A stretch of 64,000 bases of DNA from Azolla caroliniana (GCA_043228905.1 JBHGNT010000009.1:6076001-6140000); one strand, 5' to 3'. Numbered from the stretch's first letter, positions 1 through 13,884 are shown. Numbers and translations: made by a program. The notes: generated from the sequence alone by a model not told the origin.

Positions 1-1677
1 GAAGAACCGGTTACCGAAGCTCCCGAACGGAGATATCCTCTAAGAGAGAGGAGGGCCCCCCGGAGATTTCCGGATCCAGAGCACGTGCTGCTAACCGACG
101 AGGGGGAGCCGGAGAGCTTTGAAGAAGCAAAGCACGACACCCAGAGCCGCAGGTGGTTGAGTGCCATGCAGGACGAGATGGATTCCCTGCATGAGAACCA
201 CACATATGAACTTGTGGAGTTGCCGAAAGGAAAGCGGGCACTTCGAAACAAGTGGGTGTTCAAGCTGAAACCGGGAGATGCCGGAAACCCCCCGAGATAC
301 AAAGCCAGGATCGTGGTGAAGGGGTTTCAGCAGAAGAAGGGCGTCGACTTCGACGAGATATTTGCCCCGGTAGTGAAGATGACCTCCATCCGGACGGTGC
401 TGAGCATAGCGGCAAGCATGGATCTCGAGGTAGAACAGATGGACGTGAAGACGGCATTCCTTCACGGTGACCTCGATGAAGAGATCTACATGCAGCAACC
501 GGAAGGATTCGAGAAGAAAGGGAAGGAGCACCTGGTATGCCGGTTGAAGAAGAGCCTTTACGGACTGAAGCAGGCTCCCCGGCAATGGTACCGGAAATTC
601 GACTCCTTCATGACCGACGAAGGGTACCTCAAAACGCAGTCCGACCACTGCGTGTTTGTGAAGAAGTTCGAAGGAGGAGACTTCCTAATACTCCTCCTGT
701 ACGTGGACGACATGTTGATCGTCGGACGGGACCAGGTCAAGATACGGATGCTGAAGAAGGCTCTTCACCGAACCTTCTCAATGAAGGACTTGGGTCCGGC
801 GAGGCAAATACTAGGGATGCACATCATCCGGGACCGGAAGAAGAAGCAGTTGTGGCTGTCACAGGAGAAGTACGTGACGAAGGTGCTTCACCGGTTCAAC
901 ATGTCGGAAGCAAGACCGGTCGGATCGACCCTCCCGGCAAACTGCAAGCTGTCCAACAAGCAAAGTCCCAAGACAAAGGCTGAAAAGGAGGATATGATGA
1001 AAGTGCCATATGCCTCAGCCGTCGGGAGCTTGATGTACGCCATGGTGTGTACGAGACCGGACATCGGATATGCAGTCGGAGTGGTGAGCCGGTACATGAG
1101 CAATCCCGGCAAAGAGCATTGGAACGCGACTAAGTGGATACTCCGATACCTGAAGGGCACGGCAAACGTGTGCCTCCGATTCGGCTCCGGTAAGCCCGAA
1201 CTCGACGGCTTTACCGATTCGGATATGTCGGCTGATGCTGATACCAGCCGGTCCACATCAGGGTATGTGATGACGTATGCAGGGGGAGTTGTTTCATGGC
1301 AGTCGAGGCTGCAGAAGACGGTTGCGTTGTCAACTACGGAGGCGGAGTACATGGCGGCTGTTGAAGCCGGCAAGGAAGTAATATGGATGAAGGACTTCAT
1401 TAGAGAGCTCGGTATCCGGCAGGAGGAGTACCGACTCTACTGTGACAGTCAGAGTGCAATCCACCTTGCGAAGAACGCGGCCTATCACTCCCGGACGAAG
1501 CACATCCAGCGAAGATATCACTGGATCCGGGAAAGGATAGAAGACAAGGAGTTCGTGCTGACGAAGATCCCCACGGACGAGAACGGGTCGGATATGCTGA
1601 CCAAGGTGCTCACACCCGACAAACTGGAGGCATGCCGGAAGAGGATCGGATTGGATAGACATCCCATGCCGAAGTGA
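1..1677 (+). CDS. Ty1/copia pol, 3' part (reverse transcriptase + RNase H), frame open from the window edge; Tnt1/Tto1-like
   Basis: Uninterrupted frame with KARIVVKGF, DFDEIFAPVVKM, QMDVKTAFLHG, LKKSLYGLKQAPRQWY, LLYVDDML, STTEAEY, RTKHI and NGSDMLTK; stop TGA at 1675-1677. Confidence 0.95.
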   Translation, partial: EEPVTEAPERRYPLRERRAPRRFPDPEHVLLTDEGEPESFEEAKHDTQSRRWLSAMQDEMDSLHENHTYELVELPKGKRALRNKWVFKLKPGDAGNPPRYKARIVVKGFQQKKGVDFDEIFAPVVKMTSIRTVLSIAASMDLEVEQMDVKTAFLHGDLDEEIYMQQPEGFEKKGKEHLVCRLKKSLYGLKQAPRQWYRKFDSFMTDEGYLKTQSDHCVFVKKFEGGDFLILLLYVDDMLIVGRDQVKIRMLKKALHRTFSMKDLGPARQILGMHIIRDRKKKQLWLSQEKYVTKVLHRFNMSEARPVGSTLPANCKLSNKQSPKTKAEKEDMMKVPYASAVGSLMYAMVCTRPDIGYAVGVVSRYMSNPGKEHWNATKWILRYLKGTANVCLRFGSGKPELDGFTDSDMSADADTSRSTSGYVMTYAGGVVSWQSRLQKTVALSTTEAEYMAAVEAGKEVIWMKDFIRELGIRQEEYRLYCDSQSAIHLAKNAAYHSRTKHIQRRYHWIRERIEDKEFVLTKIPTDENGSDMLTKVLTPDKLEACRKRIGLDRHPMPK

Positions 1678-1687
1678 AGGGGGAGTT

Positions 1688-2301
1688 TGTTGGGATTACG
1701 GTCCCTTCGGATGGGATGGTCGGATGTCGGAGATGAATGCCGACAAGCCCGGTTTCGGTTTCGGAACCGGATGATGAAGACCCCGACTTCGGAGCCGGAT
1801 GACGAATGTACCCGGAGAGAGATCCGGATGCAGGGACATATCCGTGAATATGTCTGCTAAGGGCCCCTGAGGCTATAGTTGTAAATAGCCCCAAAGTCAT
1901 ATATGTATAAATATGACTTAGGGCAAATAGTTTTAGTGTTGCTAATCATTTTTCTGTTTTTCCACTCAAGAGGAGTGAAGAGGGAGCAGCCGTGAGAGAG
2001 AGAGAGAGAGATAGAGCGTGAGAGAGGAAGAGGACGACGCCTCTTTGTATTTCCGCCTCCTGTGGCGAGGACAGCGAGCTCAAGGTCGTCGCCTTGCAGC
2101 TCGCCATTGTATACTTCTCTGTATAGTGTTGGTTTGGAGTCTTGTACTCCCGTGGTTTTTCCCGTCTAGGGTTTTCCACGTTAATCCCTGTGTGTTCGCG
2201 TTTTTGTTTCTCTTTGTGGTTCCTATTTTCTGCTCCATTGATTCGCGCTTACTCGGTTGTGGCCGAGCGGTGAAGGTGAATCGAAGCGTTGATTTACAAC
2301 A
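1688..2301 (+). mobile_element. 3' LTR (614 bp) of the copia element at the window start
   Basis: Polypurine tract AAGGGGGAG (1677-1685) directly after the pol stop; termini TGTTG...CAACA; TATA-like TATAAATA near 1906; the gypsy gag frame resumes at 2302. Confidence 0.88.
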
Positions 2302-4010
2302 ATAATGACTATCCACTAGATCTTCTTCTTTCTCTTTCATTCTTGCCATAGTTGTGGCATTGGTTGTCACCTTTGTAGAAATGCCCTCTTCCCCATCCAC
2401 TTGTTGTCTTTTTCATTTGATAAGATCGTCGATGGTCTCATGGAACTCCTTCTTTACAATTCCAAGTAGTTCTCTCAATGTAAGGTCAATATGGCTATCG
2501 AGCACCCTTTCTTCAAGAACCTTCCTTAAGTTAGTTTTTTGTTCAATGTCCAACCTCAATTTGTATGTTGGCATCGTCTCTCCTTCCCCTTCTTGGCATT
2601 CCCTTCAGATGGCTGAGTCGATTCTTTGACTCTCTTGTTTGAGCTTTCATCTTCTTGACATATGGTCTTGATTACCTCTTCCTTCTTCTTAGCGCTTCTT
2701 GTGTCATGTTTCTTGGAAGGGCCTTCTTCTAGATCCGTTCTCTTTAGCTTCTCACCCACAAACTCTTCGTGGGTTTCATATATGAGCTCTGCGGAGATCG
2801 TGTTATTATAAATCTGATTCGCCATCCCGTAATGGTTTGCTAGCTTTGCATCATCCAAATTAATCTTCCCTTTCTTTTCGTATTCAAGGATGGTCGGGCA
2901 AAACCCCGTTCCAAGTTTAATCATCCCAAACTTCTCCTTCCCGATTCTTATACCAACGGATGTGGCATAGTGTATAGCTTCGACATGGCTTGCATCAGCC
3001 TCATCCATGATTTTCTTGAGACCTCATTCCTCTACCGAAATTCACTTGCAATGGCTTGCGAGTCTCGTTTGAGTGTATAATGTTGCCTTCCATGTAGACG
3101 AGGTTTTGTTGAATTGCCTCTTGAAGGCTAACACAATCTTTCCTCACATGATCCATACTATCACACCACACACATCTATATGGATCTTTCCCCTTTGGCC
3201 CTCGACGACTCATATTAGCTAACGAAACTGCTTCGAATTTTTTAGCCAACTCCTCAATGATAGAGTTCTTCATCTCTCTTTCGATCGGCTCGCTTTGCTT
3301 TGTCATCTCAATTGCTATTGGAGCCTTCCTTCTTTGGACCACTGGCCCCGTCATGTCGGAATCGTCTAGCCATCGCTTACGCTTGTCGAATCGATCACAT
3401 GCTCTTTTTACCGCAACCCAATCCGTTATGAGATCGTTGGGTTGTGATTCGTCCTCTAATAGACTACCTAGTTCTCGTCTATCTTTTGCATCTACCGCCT
3501 TTAAGAAGTATAAAACTTTATCTCCTTCGAGGAGTGTTTGGTCGGTTCTCGGAAGATGGTTATACATTTGGTCAAATTCGGTGTACACTCCTTATGTGTT
3601 CATGTTCTTTTCTTTCTTCTCGATCCACTTCATCAACGTATGACGAGTCATCCTCGATGCATCTTCAAGCATATATTCAACCAAAAGTGCCCTTTCAAAT
3701 CCCACCCATGTCATTTGGGCGGCTTGAATCTCCCTTATACGGCCTTCTAACCCAATTTCCATGACACGCTTGAAGCTTGATATTTGCTTCTCTTTAGTGA
3801 CATCTCTTTGTTGCATCTCCGTCTTGTATATAGAGAGAAAATCCGTAATGTTCCTTCCACCAAATTGGCCCGCTATCTCAATAGTCCGGTCAATGGCCTT
3901 GTTTAAGCTTGCATCATATGCTCGACAATAGCCACCAACTTTTCCACTTCCTCAGCTTGGGTATTTGTCGAAGAAGACATCTTCTAACCTTCTATTTCAA
4001 GCACTTGAAT
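2302..4010 (-). pseudogene. Degenerate gag of a Ty3/gypsy element related to the 13885-20856 element, interrupted by the copia
   Basis: ORF pieces 3592-3816, 3001-3588, 2556-3008 and ~2300-2560 align by eye with the gag at 18070-20223 (DWVAVKRACDRFDKR vs DWAAVKRVCGRFDKR; CVWCDSMDHVRKDC knuckle; HVEAIHY; KVLEERVL...LRELLGI.KKEFH). Confidence 0.85.
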
Positions 4011-4025
4011 CCTTCCTACCGCCTC

Positions 4026-4043
4026 TTCACGTCGGGTTTACCA
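4026..4043 (-). promoter_or_regulatory. Primer-binding site complementary to the tRNA-Trp 3' end (1 mismatch)
   Basis: Minus strand TGGTAAACCCGACGTGAA, 8 nt from the LTR end ...TTCACGACA at 4052; near-identical to the PBS at 20219-20236. Confidence 0.75.
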
Positions 4044-4051
4044 CTTAATTA

Positions 4052-4630
4052 TGTCGTGAAAAATCCGTCATTATGTGTGGATTGTGAAGCGGAACCGCCG
4101 GGGTTATGGACTGGAAGGAATTAGAGCTCACACGCACAACACAATCAAGATTTACACATAAGACAAGTAGATGAAAGAGAACATTTGTTTATATCAAAAT
4201 AATAGATTCTTTATAATTTTTGAATCATGTTACAATGGGTTGGATATCAATATGAGGGATAATTTTTGAAAGAAGCGGAGAAAAGAAGAGAGTGGAATAT
4301 GTATAGAGTTTCTTTGTTGATCATGGCCCCTTTTTTGTTCAATTGCATGCGTCCACACATGACCTTTACTTTAGTTTCATGTGTCCATGTCGACACATGA
4401 CCTTTACTTTAGTTGCATGGCCTCAACGTTCAGTTGCATGTGTCCACACATGACCTTTACTTTCGTTGAGTAGTTCAGCTCATTCATAGAGTTCAGCTCG
4501 TGCACTACAGATCGCTCAGAACGGCTCATGCACTACGAACACTCAAAACGATCCACGCACTATGGATCGCTTCGAACAACCGAATGGCTCGTGAAAGCAG
4601 CTCGTGCACTACAAATAGCCCCTGCACCAA
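4052..4630 (-). mobile_element. Probable 5' LTR of the 2302-4010 gypsy; distal boundary not resolved
   Basis: Begins TGTCGTG next to the PBS; internal short repeats (CACATGACCTTTACTTT x3 at ~4355-4463; GCTCGTGCACTAC-like x4 at ~4495-4612). Confidence 0.55.
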
Positions 4631-4967
4631 ACACCCAGATAAAAATTAATGGGGTGGTTCTTCTATGATGGTAAAATCATCCTCAGGGCTTGAATGGAAC
4701 TACCAAGCACCGAAATGGGTTTCCACCAATGGATTCCATTAGTGGACATGAGGTGTAAATATGTATACTCACGGTACAACTAAGTTACCATGTAAAAAGG
4801 GTCAGTGGGATATGTCTTCTCAAACTTCATACTCGCATAACTTGATACTTAGTTGTCTGTTTCATATGTAGTAAAATGCATTCAGAAGCTCTTAAGACGT
4901 CCATCTTTTCCATATCAAACCATTAAGCTAATCTAAAATAATTATTTCATTATTTTTCATATCGTGT

Positions 4968-7195
4968 GTGAAGAACCACATGATAGCGGTAACAACTCAC
5001 TATCGTGGGCTACTCACATACACTTATAGTATCCCAAAACAACCTAATCTAACAGAACTTGTATTGGAGGGAATGCAACAAAGAATTTCAGAGGTTGCAC
5101 AAGTTAATTTGTCAAGGCCACTCTTGGAAGAGGTGTCAGATGCTTTTGCGAGTATATGTAGAACGTCTTGTCTAGGCATCGACAAATTATCAAGAGATTT
5201 TTTTGAACAATTTTGTGAAGCGATTAAGGTTGACTTGGTTGATAGTCGTAATGAGGCATGGGATGTTGGATGCTTACCTGAGCATTTTAAAGAGGGGCTG
5301 ATATTTCTAATTCTTAAGGTACATGGTCTAATAGATTATGCAAGGCAATGGAGACTAATTACGTTGCTCAACACAATCTATAAGATTTTTGCTAATATTC
5401 TGGCCAAGCGGGTCAAACCCCACTTGCATGCACTAATTAATGTTGGACAAATAGGATTCATGGAAAACAGATGCATAATGAAAACCAATCAACATATTGC
5501 ATGTCTCACGCTTGACTTTGAGAAGGCGTATGACAGAGAACAATGGCCTTTTTTAGATAAAGTTATGGAGAGGTTGGGACTACCCTGAAAATGCAGATCG
5601 GTTGCGCTAACCCTTTACAAAGGAAGTTTGAGTAGGGTGCTGGTGTCAGGGCATCGGGGCCCAACAATTCCATTATGCAAGTCTGTCATGCAAGGGTGCC
5701 CGTTGGGCCCCTACCTTTATTTATTTATTGCAGAGGCATTTTCTTTCTTTTTAAACAAACTAAATGCAGGAATAAGGGGATGTAATTGTCCCACATGTGA
5801 GCAAGGAGTTGTTGGACTTAGCATATGCAAATGACACTATGCTCTATCGACAAGGCAATGACGCTAATTTACAGAAGGCTGAAGACAAATTGAGTTGTTT
5901 TGTAAAGCGTCATCGGGAAAAATCAATTGGGACAAAAGCTGAGGATTTTGGGTATGTCAAAACCCATGGCCTCTTTGGTGCCCTAATGCTGATTTTTAAT
6001 GGGTCCTCAATGGAATGGTTGTTAAATATTTGGGTTTTTTGGTGGGAGCTGAGACACCTAAAAACCGGCAACTTGAGAAAGTGAAAGACAAAATCAGAAA
6101 AAAGCTTTGGTTATGGGCATCAGTAAAGCTTTCTCTTGCAGGTAGGGTGGTCATGGTAAACCACATTTTGTTAGCCACCATGTGGCACTCGGTGGCATGT
6201 TGGATGTTAGACAAAGCTTGCATCAAAAACATTAACGCAATGGTGAGAGGGTTCCTATGGTTGGGTAGAGACCATGAGACGACACCAGCTAAAGTGGCAT
6301 GGAGTTGTTTGATCAAGGCAAAAAACCAGGGTGGACTTGGGTTGGTGGATCCTGTTCACCAAAGTAAAGCTTTACTCGGTAAGCTACTAGTGCGAAGTTT
6401 ACGATCTAAACTTGAATTGTGGAAGATGCTTCTTAGGGACAAAGGTGACCTTTGGTGTCTAAGGAATGACGACCCTTGGAAGGCATAGATGTGGTGGTTG
6501 TTCAGTCCAAACCTAAAGTCGAAAGAACCAGGTAGCAAGGAAGACAGGGTGGCCCGTGCCATAATGATGGCATGGTCAAGTGTAAGAGAAGGGTTGGTCT
6601 TAATGCAACCGAAAACGTTCAGGAGGAACAGCTTTGACAACCGTTGTTTTGGAACCCTAGGATTAGAAGCGAAGACGGTATGATGCTTGAACAAAATAAA
6701 ATAAAATCCATGGGGGCGCATGTTAGGGTACAATGTTAGTTCAGTAAGAGATTGAGAGGTTTTCATAATGATGAGGAGCAACGGTCAAATTGGTAGCATT
6801 ACTAGTAGGCTTGAAAAGGTGACCCAAGTGATAGATAAGGTTGTTAATCGTCTAGAAAGGTTGAATGAGGAAGAGGGGGTTTGGTCTTGGTGGTTTGTAA
6901 CTGAGGGTGATGGACAAATTATCCGAGGCAAGTGCCCATCTAATGAGTATCGCTTGTGGGGAAACCTTAGTGCTTTGTCTGACAATGGCCGGTGGTTGGC
7001 AGTGCGGGTGGTAGTGCGGGTGGCAGTGTTGGAAGGTAAGAAGTAGTAGTGTTGGATAATAATTCTAAACTATGGCTATTTGACAACAAGGCCCTATGCG
7101 ATTTGGAGTGGGATCCATTAGAGGTATGGTGGCAGAAACCGGGAACGAACAAACTGGAGGGGTTTTTTTAATATAGTACTAAGCTAGGAAGGCAT
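4968..7195 (+). pseudogene. L1-like LINE ORF2 remnant (reverse transcriptase and downstream region)
   Basis: Fragmented frames with WRLITLLNTIYKIFA, LDFEKAYDR, QGCPLGPYLY, YANDT, KYLG, LSLAGRVVMVNHIL and KVAW..GGLG. Confidence 0.9.
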
Positions 7196-7199
7196 AACC

Positions 7200-10100
7200 A
7201 CGACACCCCAGACAAACTGGAGGACGAGCAGTCAGATACCTTGCCGACACCAGAACCGGAGTTAACGGAACTGGAAGCCCTAGACAGGCAAGTGGTAGAT
7301 CAACTTCTGACACTGCCACGTAAAACACTGAAAGAAGCAGAGGAAAGACCACCGACACCAAAAGAAGAGGAGGAAAGACCTCCGACACCACGAACCCGTG
7401 TTCCGACACCGGACGACAAGTCATTCCAATATCCCAAGTACCGGGATGATCTGATGCGGAAGCTCATGGCTATGCATTTCTACAAACATGGGAAGCAAAC
7501 CATGTGTCGCAACGCCTGACCGCCGCCGAAGCAGAACGCTTGAAGATTGTAGAGTTCAGCATGACATTGGAAGGACCAGCCGCGCGATGGCGCTTGACGC
7601 ACCCTCCCGACACCATCACGACGTTTGAGGACTTAAAAACTAGATTTTCACAGTTCTTCAACAAGGACGCTCACAACCGAAACTAGCAAGATAATTACCG
7701 GGATTACAACGGTGAACGATATGAGTGATACATCTGGGATCACTCCCCCGGTTACAACCAATGGAGGGAGGATCAAAAAACGCTTCAACAAAAAATGGAA
7801 CGTTAGAAAGGAGGACCGCTAGTGGCTGTTGGACAAGGGCACACCAAGTACCCAACCGGACCAAGGCCAAGCACCTAACCGACCACCAATAGGACCTCAA
7901 CGGAGTACCGGAGCGAACGCCGATTCTAGCAACACCCAGAAAGCGTACTGCTACTATTGCCGACAAGAAAGACTTTACAATAATCAATGTCCAGTTAAAA
8001 GCTACGAGAAAAGACCAGCCGTAAATATGGTGGTAGCAGAAGTCGCCGACATACAACAAGTCACCACCAGGGCAAAAGGCAAAAAAACGGAGTGGGAAAC
8101 ACAAGAGGCAATCCGAAAACAGCTACCGAGTGGGTGAAAAAGGCAAATGAGCGGAATGTGGCTGAGCTTGAACAACAAAAGGAGAAACCGAAAAAGGCCA
8201 CCGACACGATTCAATCGGAAAACCCAACATGGCAAGCGTTACAAGAATGTCAAATTACGCCGCCATTCGGTCGGTTATTACAGCAAGTGCCCCGGTTTAC
8301 GGAAGGGCTGATATCGGGAATGACCACATCAAACTTGTTGCCGGCTCCTGCGTTCTTCTCAAATCCGGAAGAAGGGCCAGCAGTAGTTGACACAAACAGT
8401 TCGGCAATCATCGCCATCGTCAAAGGACGGGAACTACTAGGGACAATTGTGGACAGAGGATCGGGCGTGAACATGATTAGTCTACGGACTTGTGATACCC
8501 TGGGAATCCTGGAATGGGAGCCTTGCCCGTTTTCGCTCCGGATGGCGGATACAAGTTCGGTAAGACCTACCAGTTTGATACAGGATTTAGACGTAACTAT
8601 CGGAGGACACGCATTCCGCATTTCGGCGGTGGTTCTCTAGCTCAATACACAAGGGGCTTACCCACTGTTGTTGGGCTACCCATGGCTAAAAACGACGCAT
8701 ATCAAACAAAACTATTAGAAAAACATGATTACCTTCCGGCGAGGAAAGGCTAAAGTAAGGGTACCTACCCACCCTCGATCGAGTACCCGCAAGGAGCTGA
8801 CACCGCTATATGCGGAAGGTGTAAATATGCTCGAGGGGCTTGTTGATGAAGAGGTCGACCAATACTTAGAAGAAAACCCCAAAGTTGTACCCCTATTTGA
8901 AATCGATGTGGCAGAAGCAGTGTCACCATATATAATGCAATAGGATGATGCCGACGAGGAACTGAATAGGGAAGCTATCAGAGAATTATGGCAAGCACAG
9001 GAAGCTCTGGAGAGGGAGATGGCGGTATCCCAACGCTTGAAAGCATCCCAGTTAGAGGAAGTGAACTTAGGAACTGGGGACGAAGCAAGACCGATTCATA
9101 TTGCTAAGCAAATGTCATCGGACAACAAGACGACGATGATCACTTTATTAAAGGAATTCCGGGACGTATTCGCCTGGTCCTATGAAGACATGCGGGAGCT
9201 GGATCGTCAGTTGTACCAACACTAGATACACCTCAGTAACGATGCCAAACCGGTAGCACAACGACGTTACCGGATGAACCCTAACTATGCGGCAAAGGTG
9301 AAAGAGGAAATTGACAAGTTGCTACGGGTCGGTTTTATCCGACCAATGAAGAAAGCGGCATGGTTAAGTCCCATAGTCGTCGTGCCGAAAAAGAACAGTA
9401 AGATCCGGGTGTGTGTCGACTATCGGAAACTCAATGTGGCAACAATGACCGACGCCTTTCCACTTCCATTTACGGATGGAGTGCTAGACGCGGTAGCCGG
9501 TCATGAAGTGTATAGCTTCCTAGACGGGTTCAGTGGCTACAATCAAATAAGGATGCACTCCGACGACCAAGACAAGACGGCGTTTGTCACCGAATGGGGA
9601 GTTTTCGTCGCAGTGGTAATGATGTTTGGGCTCAAGACCGCGCCGAAGACCTTCTAACGAATAATCATGGAAATATTTGGCGAGTTCATCCTGGCATTCA
9701 TGCAGGTATTCCTGGATGACTTCGCCATGTATATCGGAGAAGGAGAACATCTCCAACACCTCCGGCTACGTCTTCAGAAATGCAGGAGTTATCGGTTAAG
9801 CCTGAATCCAGCAAAGTGGGTGTTCGGAGTAACAAGCAGTGCATTGATGGGCCATCTTGTCAGCAAGGACAGGATCGCGGTAGACCCCGATAAGGTCAAA
9901 GCAATCTTAGAAGCATCGACACCATCACGACCAAAGCTTTGAGTCGGTTTCTAGGGCAAATACGGTGGCATAGCCGGATGCTCAGGTATTTGGTTGATCT
10001 TGCTACACCATTGCATGCGGCGGTTCACCAAACACCGTTTCAATGGACGGATATGGAGGATACCGTTTACCGGGCACTGAAAGTACTGCTATCACAAGCA

Positions 10101-10774
10101 CCGGACTGTTCAAAAGAATTCCACATGTTCGTTGATGCGTCCAACATAGCAATCGGCAACACACTAATGCAAATGATTGAACCGAAATGGTACCGACCGG
10201 TCTATTATGCTAGCCGGAAGCTATCCTAGGAGGAACGAAATTATTCAACAACAGAAAGAGAAGCCTTAGGGATGATTTACAGTGTTACCAAGTTCAGGCA
10301 CTATTTATTGGGAAGGAAATTTTCATTCCATGTCGACCACTCAACGCTATTATATTTGGTCTCAAAGGCATCACTCATCGGCAAGCTGGCCCGATGGACA
10401 TTGTTGCTACAAGAGTTTGAGTTGGAAATATATCACCGGCCAGGAATACAACATGTGGTTGCCGATTATCTGAGCACTCTGGCGAGACCGGTGATGGAGT
10501 CACGGATGAGTTTCCGGATGCCGAGTTGTTTAAAGTAATAGCACAAACGGCAGCAGGTAGCACGGTAGTCAACGAAGACAAGTGGTTGACCAACACGAAT
10601 CAATTCCTAAGCACGGAACTCCCACCGGAGGAGATGAACCAGGATGAGCAGAAGCGGTTAGCGGTACAAAGCCGACATTTTTGTCTACTATAGGATACCC
10701 TATACCACAAAGGCGCTCATGGCATATGGTGGCGAACAGTGCGAAGCGACGAAAAGGACACAATATTACGAGAA
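7200..10774 (+). mobile_element. Degenerate non-chromovirus Ty3/gypsy internal region (gag, PR, RT, RNase H, start of INT), copy 1
   Basis: CYYC..Y...CP knuckle near 7950; VDRGSGVN protease; RVCVDYRKLN, FLDGFSGYNQI and VFLDDF RT motifs; VDAS and YYASRKL RNase H motifs; multiple stops; no LTR at the LINE junction. Confidence 0.9.
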
Positions 10775-13700
10775 GCTCGACAGAACAAACTACGCATCTT
10801 GGTCCTACAAGATGCACCAGTACCTGCTTGGGCACAGTTACTGGAGCTATGTTGAAGGAGTGAATGACGCAACACCCAAATCGACACACAAAGACTTCCC
10901 AGCATGGGAACAATCGGTGAGCAGAGTGTTGTACTGTTTCGCGTCTTGTGTGGGTGAACAGCTATTATGCTACGTTCGGGATGCAAAAACGCCGAAGGCT
11001 GCGTGGGAAAATCTGAAGAAGATCTTCGCCGCGAGCACCATAGCTAGGAAGCTTCAGCTCCGACAGGAGTTAAGCAACCTATGACAACGCGATTTGTCGG
11101 TGGCTGACTATACCTCGAACATCAAGGAAATATGTGACTCCTTAGGTTCCATCGATGTGAACATCAAGGAAAGCGAGATGGTCCACGTCTGTCTTGGGGG
11201 TTTGGCGTCAAAGTTCGGAGCGTTCCGAACAGCTGTGTGTACACGGGAGAATACGCCGTCGTTTTTTGACTTACAATCGATGCTCCTTGTAGAGGAGAAC
11301 CATGCGGGTGCGTCGAAAAGCAGGCATGCCGGCAACAAGATGCTATACACAGAGGGAGATAGGCCCCATGGTCGTGGCGGACGAGTCGAGTCGGTACGCA
11401 ATGGAGGCGGCCGACGGGATCAAGGAAGAAGGCACCGAAGTGATGCCGACAACAATTCCGAACCCTTCGGAAACAGGGGGAATCGAGGTGACGAGAACCG
11501 GCAAGGGAAATCCGCTGCGAATTGATGGTATTGTGGCAAGAAGGGCCACAGGGAGAGCGAGTGTTTGAAAAAGCGCGCCGATTCGGAGAGAACCGAGTCC
11601 GGACAGACCGAGAAAGGAAATCGGCAACGATCGCACTACGCCGAAGGATCCGGAGAGGCCGGAAAAGGGTCAGTCTTCGTGACGAGACACGAAGCAAACT
11701 CTTAGAAGAAGATCTCCTCGAAGTCGGAGGAGGTGTGGTATGTCGACTCAGGCATGTCAAACCACATGACGTGCCATAAGGAGTGGTTCTCGTACTTAGA
11801 AAAACCAATGCAATCGAGAGTATTCGCAACCGGAGACGACACTCCGCATCCAATCGCGAATGTCGGAGAAGTTCCCCTGAGCCATGTCGAGCAGAAAGGG
11901 AAACTCATGAACGTGCTACACGTTCCGACAATCATGAAGAACTTGGTATCAGTCGGACAGATCGTCGACCAAGGGATGGAGGTCTGGCTTACACACCTCG
12001 GGTGCTTCATTGAGGAAGAAGGCCATGTTATTGCGCAAGGGCGCAGAGATGGGAGGATGTTCATCCTCGACTCTACTGACGGTGGCACCGCAATGTTCGC
12101 AAAGGGACAAAAAGTCGAGTCGGACATCGACTTATGGCACAAACGGATAGGCCTCGTTAACTACTAGCGGCTTCAGGACCTGCAATGGAAATAGGTGGTA
12201 TTTGGATTGCCCAAATTTAGTGGCCGGAAGGCACAAATTAGTGAAGCATGCCAGCTTGGGAAGCAACACCGACTTCCCTTCCCAAACGAGCGTAAACGGA
12301 GCCGGAACAAGCTCGACTTGATACACTTCGTTGTGTGGGGGCCGACACAAAACGTTAGTCTTGGCGGGAGCCGATATTTCTTCTCCTTCATCGACGACTA
12401 CACGCGGCACATGTGGATCTACCCCATCGAGAGGAAGAGTGAAGTCTTCGACTGTTCCGGGACCTCAAAGGGTTCGTGGAAACGGAAATAGGAAGAAAGA
12501 TCAAGTGCTTGCGGTCAGATGGCGGAAAAGAATACTTTTCCAGTCAATTGAACGGTTATCTACAACAGATGGGAATTCGGCGCGAATTCAGTTGTAGATA
12601 CACACCGGAGCAAAATGGCGTGGCCGAGAGGAAAAATCAGTCGGTTGTGGAAGTGGCACGGGCAATGCTGGAAGAAAAGAGGTTGCCCAAGTTCTATTGG
12701 GTGGAGGTGGTACGCACCGCGGTATACATCCAAAATCGGATCGGAGAAAAAGTGTCGGCGCACGAGATATATTTCGGCACGAAGCCGAACTTGCGACACT
12801 GACGAATTTTCGGTAGCATTGCGTATGTGCATGTGCCGAAGGAGAAACGAAGAAAGCTAGACGCAAAGGCCGAGAAATGTATCTTGGTCGGTTACTCGGA
12901 CGAGCAGAAGGGTTATAAGTGTTATAACCCGCGCACCAAACAAGCGCGCGTGAGCCGCGACGTTGTATTCGATGATTCCGCGTCCTGGTACTTACCTCCG
13001 ACTCCAGGTCTCAACTCCAATCCGAGCTCTGACAATGAGGTCAGCAAGACTGAGATGCCTCCAGATGAGCCTGAAATCGGGACCGGCGAAGAGAGTCCGA
13101 TTTCGTTTCGGTTTAGCGGACCGAATGGACGACTCAGTCGGTTCAAATAGTGTGATGAAGAGCCGGCGAGTAGTGGAGACTCGGTCATGCATTCCCCACC
13201 CAGGAAGCCCAGGAGGCGGCTTATGCGCAAAAAGAAAGGAAAGAAGAGGATGTCGGATTCCGGCACGAATAGGAACGAGTCAGACCGGCGCGAGTCCGAC
13301 TCCGAGGGAAGGGGTGACGGGTCTTCAAGAGAGAAGTCCGCGACGGCCGAGAAGACCTCGACATCGGCTAATGACCGATTACGCCGATCTACTCGCCAGA
13401 AGAACCCAGTTGTGCGGTTCGGATACAACGAGTATATGGCGCATCATTATGCGTACATGACCCGTGTAGCGGAAGTGTGTGAGCCAGAGAGCTACGCAAA
13501 AGCGGCTAAGGACGCGAATTGGCGCACCACGATGGAGGACGATATGCACGCATTGGCGGAAAACGAGACCTGGGACCTGGTTGACTCACCGATAGGTGTG
13601 AAGCCGATCGGATGTAGGTGGGTGTACAGAGTCAAGTACAACACCGACGGCTCGGTCAACCGATACAAGGCCCGGTTAGTAGCGAAAGGCTATGCGCAAA

Positions 13701-13884
13701 AACACGACATTGACTACGATGAGACGCTTGCGACGGTCGCGAAGATGATGAGCATCCGTGTTTTGCTCACGGTAGCCGCGGCAAAGGGGTGGCACTTACA
13801 TCATATGGATGTAAAGAATGCGTTCCTGCAAAGTGAGCTTGAGGAACAGGTGTACATGGTACAACCCCCCGGATTTCACTCCGG
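10770..13884 (+). mobile_element. Ty1/copia internal region (gag, PR, INT, start of RT) nested in the gypsy; 5' LTR deleted
   Basis: NYASWSYKM gag, CWYCGKKGH-type knuckle, WYVDSGMSNHM protease, LWHKRIG, FIDDYTR, LRSDGGKEY, TPEQNGVAER, YKARLVAKGY. Confidence 0.92.

Noticed and set aside
10719-11084. Gypsy integrase-copia gag fusion as a functional gene
   Set aside because: It is the product of a deletion junction, and both partners carry stops.
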